Of a stretch of 64,000 nucleotides of DNA, positions 53,749-64,000 are shown piece after piece. The notes under the pieces are model-generated. The model had not been told where the DNA came from, did not search any database, and saw only the letters and a list, made by a program, of their open reading frames with translations. The translations under genes were made by a program, and so were the position numbers. Where the stretch lies: NCBI GenBank assembly GCA_044892525.1, contig CM097885.1, positions 6,264,001 to 6,328,000 on the forward strand, in the 5' to 3' direction. Position 1 is the stretch's first letter, and every line of letters starts with the position of its first letter. Source of the DNA: Schmidtea polychroa. Its lineage: Eukaryota.

Positions 53749-56700
53749 GTAAGTTATTTTATCAAAGTAATTGCATATATTTATTATTTAGACATATTCT
53801 GGTTTATTTTGTGTTGTATTAAACCCATACAAAAGACTTCCAATTTATAACGATGAAATTATCGAATGGTATAAAGGACGAAAACGTCACGAAAGGCCAC
53901 CTCACATATATGCTATAGCAGATACAGCATATAGAAACATGTTACAAGACAGAGAAGATCAATCAATTCTTTGCACGTTAGAATCATTGAGTTTTTAATT
54001 TCAAATAAATAGAATTCGGTTTTTTCAGTGGTGAATCAGGAGCTGGGAAAACAGAAAATACGAAAAAAGTCATCCAATATTTAGCATCAGTTGCAGCAAG
54101 TATGAAAAACCAGAAACTCACCGCCTCAAATGCCATTGCTCAATTTCATGTAAATTTTAATTAATTTCCATTTAAATTTTCCATTAAATTCAACTAGGCA
54201 AGCGCGATTAATATTGTAAGTGGTTTTTATTTGACTTATAGTTGTCTTTCGATGTTTAATTTGCAACGCTTTCCATATTAATGAGCTGCCATTGGAATGT
54301 TTGTTGTGATGCTGATAATGCTGCTGCTGCTATTGCTATTATTGCTGCCGTTTGTATTATATAATGGGATTTATTAATAATTTATATTTAATTATTATTA
54401 TTATTATTATTATTATTAAATTTGCTAACAAATCAAGGTTCCATTTGTCGATTTGTTGGTTGATATTGATGCCACTACACAATCAATGAATACGCTGGAA
54501 TGAGTCAGTGGAATTTATAATAATAATAATAATAATTATTATTATTGCTTCTGATACATTCAATGATGATTATTTTGCTGCTGACGTTCTCTGTAATTGG
54601 CCGGTGATCGATGTTGCCAGCAATTCAACACACACACACACACACACAAGCAAATACACACACACTCGACTGTGATTCTGACATGCAATTCCACAAAAAT
54701 CGTGCTGGTGTGTGTGTGTGTGTCAAACACATCTGCACAATTTCTCTCTCATTTCATTAGTTGGAAATTTTATTTAAATTTTTAATTAAATTTTAAATTT
54801 CCTTGATAATATTAAAATTACAAATTATGTTATTGGTCGATATCGGTGATTTGTGTAGGTTTTGGGGCTTGTGTAACACACATTGTCATTGGTTATTGTT
54901 ATTATTGTTATTTATTTCGGTTCTTTTTGTTAGGGCGAGTTGGAAAAGCAATTGTTGCAGGCAAATCCGATTTTGGAGGCTTTCGGGAACGCAAAAACCA
55001 TTCGGAATGATAATTCATCCAGATTTGTTAGTTTTTCTAATTGGTGATTGAATTGAATGTAATTTAGGGTAAATTTATCAGGATCAATTTCGATAGTTCC
55101 GGATTCATCGCCGGTGCTAATATTGAAACATGTAATATTTTAATTAATTTTTTTACAATTAATTAAAATATAATTTTTATATATAAATGAAAATAATATT
55201 TTTTATGATTAATTTTACGTACAAATTATTTTTTATTTCTACAATTAATTTATAATTAATTATTTGTAAAATAAATTAATTAAAATGAATTCATTAGATT
55301 ATGCGAACAAAATATTTTAAAATTTACATTTAACTTCAAATTAAATAATTAATTAATTAAAATAAGTTAAAAAAATATTTTAAAATTTTAATTCTTAATA
55401 AATATTTTTTAATAATTTATTTTTTTTACAATTAATTTTTCTAAATTAATTAAAATATAATTTTTATTATTAAATGAAAAAATATTTTATTATTGATTAA
55501 TTTTATGGACAAATTATTTTTTATTTTTACAATTCATTTATAATTAATTATTTGTAAAATAAATAAATTAAAATTAATTCACTAAAATATGCGAAAAAAA
55601 TATTTTAAAATTCCACATTTCCAACTTGTTCTCTGTCCAAAATTTTTTAAAGATTTTAATAAAAATCGTGAAATTTTTTTTTAATTAAAAAAATATATTT
55701 ATGGCGTACCTAAATTGAAAAATTTTTATCTTTAAAATTATTCAAGTGTAAAAAAATATTTGGTATCGATTTAAAAAATTTAATAATTTTTGATATATTA
55801 AAAAATTTTTGTCGTTAAAATTATTATTAGTTAAATACAATTATTTAATTTTATATATATATTTAAAATTTTTATAATTCCACATTTTCAACTTCTCTGT
55901 CCAAAATTTTTTAAAAATTTAAATAAAATTCGTAGGAATTTTTTTAAATTAAAAAAATATTTTTATGGTGATCCATTTATGTTCCTGCACCGCGTACCTA
56001 AATTCAAAAATTTTTATCTTTAAAATCATTCAAAAATTGCACTGAAGGCTAAAAAAATATTTGGTATCGATTTTACAAAAATCGAGTTGATCCATTTTCC
56101 CAAGCGAATGTTACACTAAATACTTAATCTATATAGTTCACAAATATATTAACATATCAAGCATATTAAATAAATTTAATTTTAATTGTTGCTAATGAAG
56201 GCATATTTATTTGGTATCGATTTTTATTTTTACAATTTATTAAAATTAATTTTTTAAAAAAATTTATTTTAACTTCAAATTAAATAATTTAATTATTTTT
56301 ATGATTAAGTTTAATTAATTATTAATTTTTCTGATTTAATTTAAATTGATTAAATAAATTTTTTATTTCTACAATTTAATAATTTTTGACAAGTTAAAAA
56401 TATTTTTATTGTTAAAATTATTATTTATTAGTTAATTACAATTATTTAATTTTATACATTTTTAAAATTTTTATAATTCCACATTTTCAACTTGTTCTGT
56501 GTCCAAAATATTTTAAAAATTTAAATAAAATTCATGGGAAATTTTTTAAATTAAAAAATCCCGTAAAATTATAAAAAAAAATTTTAAAAAAATTCGAGTT
56601 GATCCATTTTCCTTGGCGAATGTTACATTAAATACATAGTCTATGTAATCAAAAAATATATTTACACATTAAGCGTATTAAATAAATTTAATTTTAATAT

Positions 56701-58635
56701 TTATTTTAATTTTAATATTTATTTAATATTTATTTTTTTATAATTCGACATTTTTGACTTGTTCTCTATCCAGAAAATTTTTAATATTTTTTTTAAATTA
56801 TAAAATAAATTTATGGTGAACCGTTCCAAAAAAACAATTGAAAATAAAATTCTTTTTATTTGTTAAATTATCCAAAAAATGCGTTGAAGTCTAAAAAAAT
56901 TAGTTATTGATTTTCCCAAAATCCCTAACATCCCATTTTGTTCTCATCCCTATTCTCATCACTGTTTCACCTACGGACAAAAATGTACATGACAAAAAAC
57001 ATTTTATTCAGATAGAATTTCTAATTCCAATATTCAAAATTTAAGGTAAAACGCAAATTGCAATCGAGGTCATGAAAAAATTTCATTTGAGGTGAGTTAC
57101 TAATCCTTGCACATGCTTTTAATCCACTTGAAATTATTTTGATCAACTTAATCATTGTGTTATGTTGAAATAAGTTTAACCATATCACGTAACTAATAAT
57201 GCTGTTATATCTGAGGGTAACTTTTAATGCGCATTTTAGTTATATAATTTTTCAAACTCAAAAACTCTGTATAAATCCGATATAAATCCACAATACAAGG
57301 AAGATTATAGTCTGTTAATTTTATCAATAACCTTTGCCTTTGTAGGAATTTCATTGAGAGACCGAATCGGGATTTTCGCAATTAAATTTTAAAATCTAAA
57401 ATGAGCTGTAAAATGAAAAATGTGGCGAGGGATTTAATTTTAAAATTTTGTTTAAATGAAGTGAATTTTTGTTTTTTTGTTTTAATGAATTTTTTTAATT
57501 TCATTAAAATTTCTGTATTTTCAATAAAACTAATAAATCTTCTTTCGTGCATTGAATTTACAAGAAAATCTAAATTAAAAAATTGTTAATTTTATATTTA
57601 ATTTCTAATTAAATATTTAAATATTAATTATTATTAATAAGTCAATAATTTTATTTTAAATTTTATTTTTAACTTCAAATTAAATAATTAATTAATTTTA
57701 ATTTTTAAAATTTAATAAAATCGATTATTTTTTAAATAAATAATTTAAAATAAGTGAAAAAAATATTTTAAATTAAATAATTAATTAATTTTTATGATTA
57801 AGTTTTTTGGGAAAATATTTTTTATTTTTAAAATTTAATAAAATCGATTATTTTTAAAATAAATAATTTAAAATTTAAAATATGTGAAAAAAATATTTTA
57901 AAATTAATTAATTAATTTTTATTATTTAGTTTTATTGATAAAATGAATAAATTATAATGAATAATTTAAAATAAGTGAAAAAAATATTTTAACATTAAAT
58001 AATTAATTAATTTTTATGATTAAGTTTATTAATTATTTTTAAAATAAATTAATTAAAATAAGTGAAAAAAAAATTTTTTCTAAATTTTTCTTAGTATTTT
58101 TCATTGTCGTTCGCTTCATATGTTCTAATTCTTTTGTCAATTGTTCACTAGCTTTTTATTTATACACAAAATTACAGTTAATTATATATGGAAGTATAAA
58201 AAGGAAAAGCAGGACTTATGGAAGATATAATTAATTCTTTTTAGTTACCGACATTCGTGAGACGAGTATTCTAAATTCATTTCTTGCTCCCTATTATTGA
58301 TGTGTTTAAATAAAAAAAGTTCACAACTCTACTAAAACATCTGAAATAAAAAATTAAAATTACAGATTTGCTCGAAAAAGCTCGAGTTATTCGACAGGCA
58401 TCTGAAGAAAGATCATTTCATATTTTCTATCAGTTATTGTCAACCAAATCGGAGATGAGAAACACTTTATTGCTATCTGAAATGTCTGCTTATAGATTTC
58501 TTTGTGAGGGTTCTGCCTCAATTTCAGGAATTGATGAGGTGCAAGCATTTAATGAAACTGTGGAAGCGTTAAAGATAATGGGAATCACTGATGAAGAACA
58601 AGAATGTAAGCCTCATTTTTTAATTTTTAATAATA

Positions 58636-58692
<57 letters not shown>

Positions 58693-58745
58693 TATTAATA
58701 AAATTTATTATTATTAATATTTATTATTATTATTTATTCTTATTA

Positions 58746-58801
<56 letters not shown>

Positions 58802-58870
58802 CATTATTATTATTATTTATTAATAAAATTTATTATTATTAATATTTATTATTATTATTTATTCTTATTA

Positions 58871-58915
<45 letters not shown>

Positions 58916-60482
58916 AATTATTTATTATTATTAATTATTTATTATTATTTATTATTATTAATTATTATTATTATTATTATTATTATTTTTATTTATTAAT
59001 TATATTTATTTTCATTATTTTAATTTTTGATATTCTTGTCATAATTACCAATTAAAATTGAATATCAAATAATATAAAATCCAACAAGCAATAAATATAT
59101 TATTTAGCTTGATAATATTTAGTGTTTATATTTATTATCGGAATAATTGATAAGAAAATTCAACCGCATTACATGAATAGTGAGAATTATGGGACTAAAT
59201 TAATTATATTTATATGATTTGTTTGCGTATGATTAATAATGGCCTACATTGCAACTTTTGGCTTATATTCCACAAAACTTGAATTGAATCAATTTTCCAA
59301 CTATTTGATGACTGTAAATATACCCAAAAAATATATATACGGTTGTCATGGAAATCAAGTGATTATCTACAAGTGATCTACATAATTTGACCAAAATCCT
59401 ATGGTAAAATTCTACTACTTCTTAATGTTCACAAATTTGAGAACCCCTGAGAAAACCAATGACAAGTTGTATATAATTTATTATCAAGATTTATTTAATA
59501 AATTCATGCATGATTAAAATTTATTATTACCAAATCAAAAAGTGGCATAAGTTAATGAAGTTTTGAATATTTCTCCAAACTATCTTGATTCTGAAACATT
59601 CTACAGTTTTCAATTTGGTCTGATATATCATGATTGGATATTTGAATTCAGGCATATTTCGAGTTATATCATCCGTAATGCTAATGGGTAATATGGAATT
59701 CAAACAAGATCGTAATTCCGATCAAGCTACTCTGCCAGACAATTCCGGTATAACAAAAACCCAAAACTTTTCTATTAAGTAATTGATTTTCGATAGTTGC
59801 TCAAAAAGTTGCCCATTTACTGGGCCTCCAAGTCACAGACATGACGAAAGCATTTCTCAAACCTCGAATCAAAGTCGGCCGTGATACGGTGTCAAAAGCT
59901 CAAACCAAAGAACAAGCTGAATTTTCAGTTGAAGCTATTAGTAAAGCCATGTATGAAAAAATGTTTAAATGGCTCGTAACAAGGATAAATCGCACCCTGG
60001 ACAAGGATAAACGACAGGGGACGAACTTTATTGGAATCCTCGATATTGCGGGTTTTGAAATATTTGAGGTATTTGGATGTCACAACTGAACCTCTAATGA
60101 TGAGTTTCCGTTCAATTTTACAGGTGAATTCATTCGAACAACTCTGCATCAATTACACCAATGAAAAATTGCAACAGTTATTCAATCACACAATGTTCGT
60201 TTTAGAACAAGAAGAATATCGCAAAGAAGGCATTTCCTGGGAATATATTGACTTCGGACTTGATCTTCAACCGACGATTGATCTCATAGAAAAGGTATCT
60301 ATAATTCTATTTTTAATATTTCTTGCATATTGAATGACCTCGGTCTTATCACATTTTATAATAATAACATTTCATTTATTATTATTATTATTTTATTATT
60401 TTTTTATTATTATTTATTATTTATTTAATATTATTTATTTATTTTTTATTATTTATTATTTTTTTTATTTTTATAACATTTC

Positions 60483-60555
<73 letters not shown>

Positions 60556-62195
60556 TTATCATTTTTTTATTATTAATATTTATTATTCCATTATTTTATT
60601 TAATATTATTTATTTATTTTTTATTATTATTTATTTATTTTTATTATTATATTTTTATTATTTAATATTCATTATTCCATTATTTTATTTTTTTATTGCT
60701 AATAATAATAAATAAATAATAACAATAAACGTTATTTGTAATTATTATTTTTATTATATATTATATATTTTTTATTATATATTTTTTATTTTTAATTCTA
60801 ATTATTTATTAATTTAATAATTATAATTTCTTACCATTATATTGAGTAATTTAAAAAATATTGAGTCTCATAATTGGACAGGATAATGATGGTGATACTA
60901 GTTATGAATGTAATGGGTTACATTTCAATATGGTGAGAAGTGTGCTTCTGTATTTATATTTAACTATTTTTGGTGTTTATGTATCTACATAATACACAAT
61001 ATAATCAATAATAATCACAAAATCACAAACAATATTGTCCTCACCTGAATATCATTTGTGATTTGCTTCAATTTTGTTGATGTCAGAAAAAGCGCTCAAT
61101 AATAACACACCTAAATTTGAATATAGTTTATGATTTATCAGTGGTTCTCAAGCGTGTGATCGTTGGGGAGGGGTAATGTTTGTTCCTATGAATATTTATT
61201 TAATTTGAATTTGGAACCTCTTCATAATATTAATGAAATTAGTATTATCATCAAAAAATAATATAAATTTACCAAAAGGAAATGAATTTCGATTTTAGTT
61301 TGCTGAATTTTGCACATATTTCCAAAGACAAATGTTGATTTTTATCTAAATGTTAGATTTTTCATCCCTGTTTAAATAATTGCTATATGAGTTCGATTTC
61401 CACTAAAATTTATTAAAACCCACGGAATGAAAAATATTTGGATATTGTTTGTATAGTCTTTCTCATTCTCGATAGTCAAAATAATAATTGATTACACTTG
61501 ATCAAGTTATTATTATTATTTCAACTATCTTTAATATTTTTTAATTATTCTGTATCGACTAACAACTTTGGATGCTCCTTTAATTGGTGATCTCAGATCC
61601 TTCATAAATGTTGTCTGCTATACAGAGCCAACAATTCTTATTTGAAGGAATAATACTCATCCGAATGGTTCTTTAATAGATCTTTTCAATTCCTCTATCT
61701 GATATAACATAATAAATACACTATGAAATATATCCAAATTTATAAGGCATTCCTTCTCTAACTCATTAATAAAGAATCATTTACACTTGTAAGTCCAATC
61801 TTTCATTAATACCATGAATGTAGAATATATTCGGCAACCAAAGGTAATTGTAATACCCTGTATGTCTTACTAATCCGGACTAATAAACCAAGTGTTGTGC
61901 TTGATTTTATGCTGCCGAACGAGTCTGGCATACGAGGTATTATATTTTATTTCAATAATTTCCTGATGATATTATATTTTATTACTATATATAAATATAA
62001 TGCCGGCTTCCCACTAAGAATTTCAGAAATTTGGAAAAATCTACACTTTTGTTGTGAACATTGGATCTGAATACAATTGTATAAACTATACATGAAATTT
62101 GAATCTTTTTTCTTGGTATTTCAATAAATAAAATAATTGGGCCCAAATAAAGATACCCATTAACATATTTTTAACATTATATTATTTGCTTTTCG

Positions 62196-62255
<60 letters not shown>

Positions 62256-62257
62256 TA

Positions 62258-62290
<33 letters not shown>

Positions 62291-62843
62291 TATTATTATT
62301 ATTATATTATTTCATTATTAGCCAATGGGTATATTGTCTCTTCTTGATGAAGAATGCTTCTTTCCAAAAGCCACTGACAAAAGTTTTGTGGAAAAATTAT
62401 TAAAAACTCAAGAAAAGCACCCAAAACTCACAAAGGGTGAATTCCGTTCCAATGTCGACTTCTCTGTCGTACATTATGCCGGTCGCGTAGATTACGTGGC
62501 AGATAAATGGTTAGAGAAAAACATGGACCCATTGAATGAGAATGTAGTTCAATTGCTACAAAAATCAAACGTGCCTTTTGTCCAGGTAGCTATACTCCTA
62601 AATGCTCTTTCAAGGTTTATTCTTGGAATTATTTTCCATTAGTCCATTTGGAAAGACGCTGAAAACTTTGTTACTTTATCAGCGACTGCTAATCAAGAAA
62701 CTCAGTTTGGATCTAGAACTCGCAAGGGAATGATGAGAACCGTCAGTCAACTTCATAAAGAATCTTTGGTCAAATTATTGAATGTCCTGAACAATACAAA
62801 TCCACATTTTGTGCGTTGTATAATTCCTAATCACGAGAAAAGG
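53398..62843 (+). CDS. MYH10: Non-muscle myosin II heavy chain (zipper/MYH9/MYH10-like), first 12 coding exons (692 codons); gene continues beyond the window
   Basis: Exons 53398-53748, 53792-53976, 54029-54149, 54198-54215, 54934-55026, 55068-55131, 58366-58605, 59652-59747, 59797-60068, 60124-60294, 62322-62585 and 62643-62843 are all GT-AG and join in frame. Motifs: [25 protein letters not shown]-loop GESGAGKT, switch I NDNSSRFG, switch [30 protein letters not shown] and RKGMMRTV point to the non-muscle class. The symbol indicates family, not strict orthology. Confidence 0.95.
53792..53976 (+). CDS. Myosin II heavy chain exon 2
   Basis: ttag|[22 protein letters not shown]|gttag. Confidence 0.93.
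54029..54149 (+). CDS. Myosin II heavy chain exon 3 (P-loop)
   Basis: ttcag|[22 protein letters not shown]|gtaaat. Confidence 0.92.
54198..54215 (+). CDS. Candidate 18-nt loop-1 microexon (ASAINI)
   Basis: actag|gcaagcgcgattaatatt|gtaagt; phase 0-0 and frame-preserving. Confidence 0.7.
54934..55026 (+). CDS. Myosin II heavy chain exon 5 (switch I)
   Basis: ttag|[31 protein letters not shown]|gttag. Confidence 0.93.
55068..55131 (+). CDS. Myosin II heavy chain exon 6
   Basis: ttag|[21 protein letters not shown]|gtaat. Confidence 0.92.
55140..58080. repeat. Intronic AT-rich imperfect tandem duplications
   Basis: Recurring blocks, e.g. aattccacattt..caactt..tgtccaaa (55610, 55876, 56476, 56741), cgagttgatccatttt..gcgaatgttaca (56083, 56595) and aataagtgaaaaaaatatttt (57749, 57970, 58057). 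Confidence 0.7.
58366..58605 (+). CDS. Myosin II heavy chain exon 7
   Basis: acag|[27 protein letters not shown]|gtaag. Confidence 0.93.
59652..59747 (+). CDS. Myosin II heavy chain exon 8
   Basis: tcag|[31 protein letters not shown]|gtata. Confidence 0.9.
59797..60068 (+). CDS. Myosin II heavy chain exon 9 (switch II)
   Basis: atag|[29 protein letters not shown]|gtatt. Confidence 0.93.
60124..60294 (+). CDS. Myosin II heavy chain exon 10 (relay helix)
   Basis: acag|[26 protein letters not shown]|gtatc. Confidence 0.93.
62322..62585 (+). CDS. Myosin II heavy chain exon 11
   Basis: ttag|[30 protein letters not shown]|gtagc. Confidence 0.93.
62643..62843 (+). CDS. Myosin II heavy chain exon 12 (loop 2)
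   Basis: ttag|[37 protein letters not shown]|gtaat. Confidence 0.93.
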
Positions 62844-63118
62844 GTAATAATTATTATTATTATTATTTATTAATATTATTATTATCATTATTTATTATTA
62901 TTAATATTATTTAATATTATTATTATTATTTATTATTTTAATTATTACTATTAATATTAAAATTATAATTTTTTTTATTTATCACCATTCATTTTCATTT
63001 TTAAAATATACTTAAATAATAAATATTGATTTATAGTATGAAAAGAAAATCAGATAAATGAAATTTATTTTAAAATCACTAAAAATATAAATTATATGGA
63101 AAATTAAATTCTCTAGAA

Positions 63119-63593
63119 CCGGGACGCGAATTACTTTACTATATATAAAACAAAAATTTTTTTTGCAAAAAAAACAAGACTACAATAACCCATACATTTT
63201 AATATTTTACAATTTCTAATTTTCTAAAATTTTTAATGCCATTTGCGACTACATATTTATGTGAAACAGGATTTTCTGCAATGACTGCGATGAAAACCAA
63301 GTATAGAGCTTTGCTGGACATTGAATTGGATCTTCACCTTAAACTGACAAACTTTGAGCCCGATATTTCTTCTTTAGTTAATAATAAACAGGGCCAACCT
63401 TCTCACGAACTATTTTTAAGACAATATTGTATTTTATTTATATGTTTAGCTTTCAATATATATCCCAAGTTACCTGTCTTTAATACAAATCTCCATTGCA
63501 TTTAATACATAAAAATAATTAGGTTTACACGTACGCCATCAAATATACGCCAAAAAATCAAGTACGGTACTATGAAAAGGTTGGGAACCCCTG
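63119..63593 (+). mobile_element. Intronic hAT (Charlie/Buster, ZBED5/8-like) deletion derivative
   Basis: PFATTYLCETGFSAMTAMKTKYRALLD..EPDISSLV..QPSH matches the Buster-type C-terminus. 3' TIR aaaggttgggaacccctg; CTAG-type flanks ctctagaa / gcctagaa. Left end degenerate. Confidence 0.8.
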
Positions 63594-64000
63594 GCCTAGA
63601 AGGCTTGGGGAAATTACATATTTTTCAAATTCTCAGTTCCTTAAAGTTATGATGAAATTTATTTGTTTATAACACTCGTGCATCATTTAGTTTAATTTTT
63701 TTAGAATAATTGGACGAAAAATTCAATTTTTAAATATATAAGTAAAATTAGATTTAATTAAATATTTCAACAAAAACTAAAATTAAAATTGATAATTATA
63801 AATTCACAAAATCAAATTGAAAACGAAATATTGATAAATAATTTGAAAAGAAATGAAGATAATTTAATGGAATTATGATCAATAATAATATAAAATGTAT
63901 TTTATTTAGCTAATCATTTATAAAAAGTAAATTTTTTTACCATTTACATTGTGCATCACATTGCCTCATCCAATGACGTAACAAAATTAAAACTTGCTTA

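Noticed and set aside
54859..54871. Possible second microexon in the loop-1 intron (tgtag|gtttggggcttgt|gtaac)
   Set aside because: 13 nt would shift the frame and the donor is weak.
55140..58080. CRISPR-like reading of the recurring intronic blocks, or any prokaryotic defence system near the RT
   Set aside because: Repeats are irregular, long and AT-rich without unique fixed-length spacers. The context is a spliceosomal intron, and the RT is Penelope-type.

Overview
Very AT-rich animal genomic DNA, not prokaryotic. Introns of 41-57 nt, long (AAT)n tracts and the transposon mix suggest a flatworm, probably a planarian, but that is inference. The last 11 kb hold the first 12 coding exons of a non-muscle myosin II heavy chain gene (+ strand, 53398 to beyond the window), including an 18-nt loop-1 microexon. 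The first 53 kb are mostly decayed mobile elements: Penelope-like retroelement pieces (one 462-codon RT ORF, several GIY-YIG ends), two Polinton/Maverick-type protein-primed PolB remnants (one still bounded by AGTAG-type TIRs and a 6-bp TSD), hAT, MULE, pogo/Tigger, Tc1-like and piggyBac-like elements or MITEs, and a Gypsy-like integrase scrap. Main observations: (1) about 10 minimal type I hammerhead-ribozyme motifs, including a three-copy ~90-nt family resembling the schistosome Sm-alpha ribozyme SINEs; (2) one reading frame at 41867-42676 joining cofilin, three RACK1 pieces and the Prp19 U-box; (3) a GC-rich dyad upstream of that chimera which recurs upstream of an unrelated WD40-like ORF; (4) a 3.2-kb polymerase-only mini-Polinton. 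All homology calls come from motif recognition by eye, not database searches.
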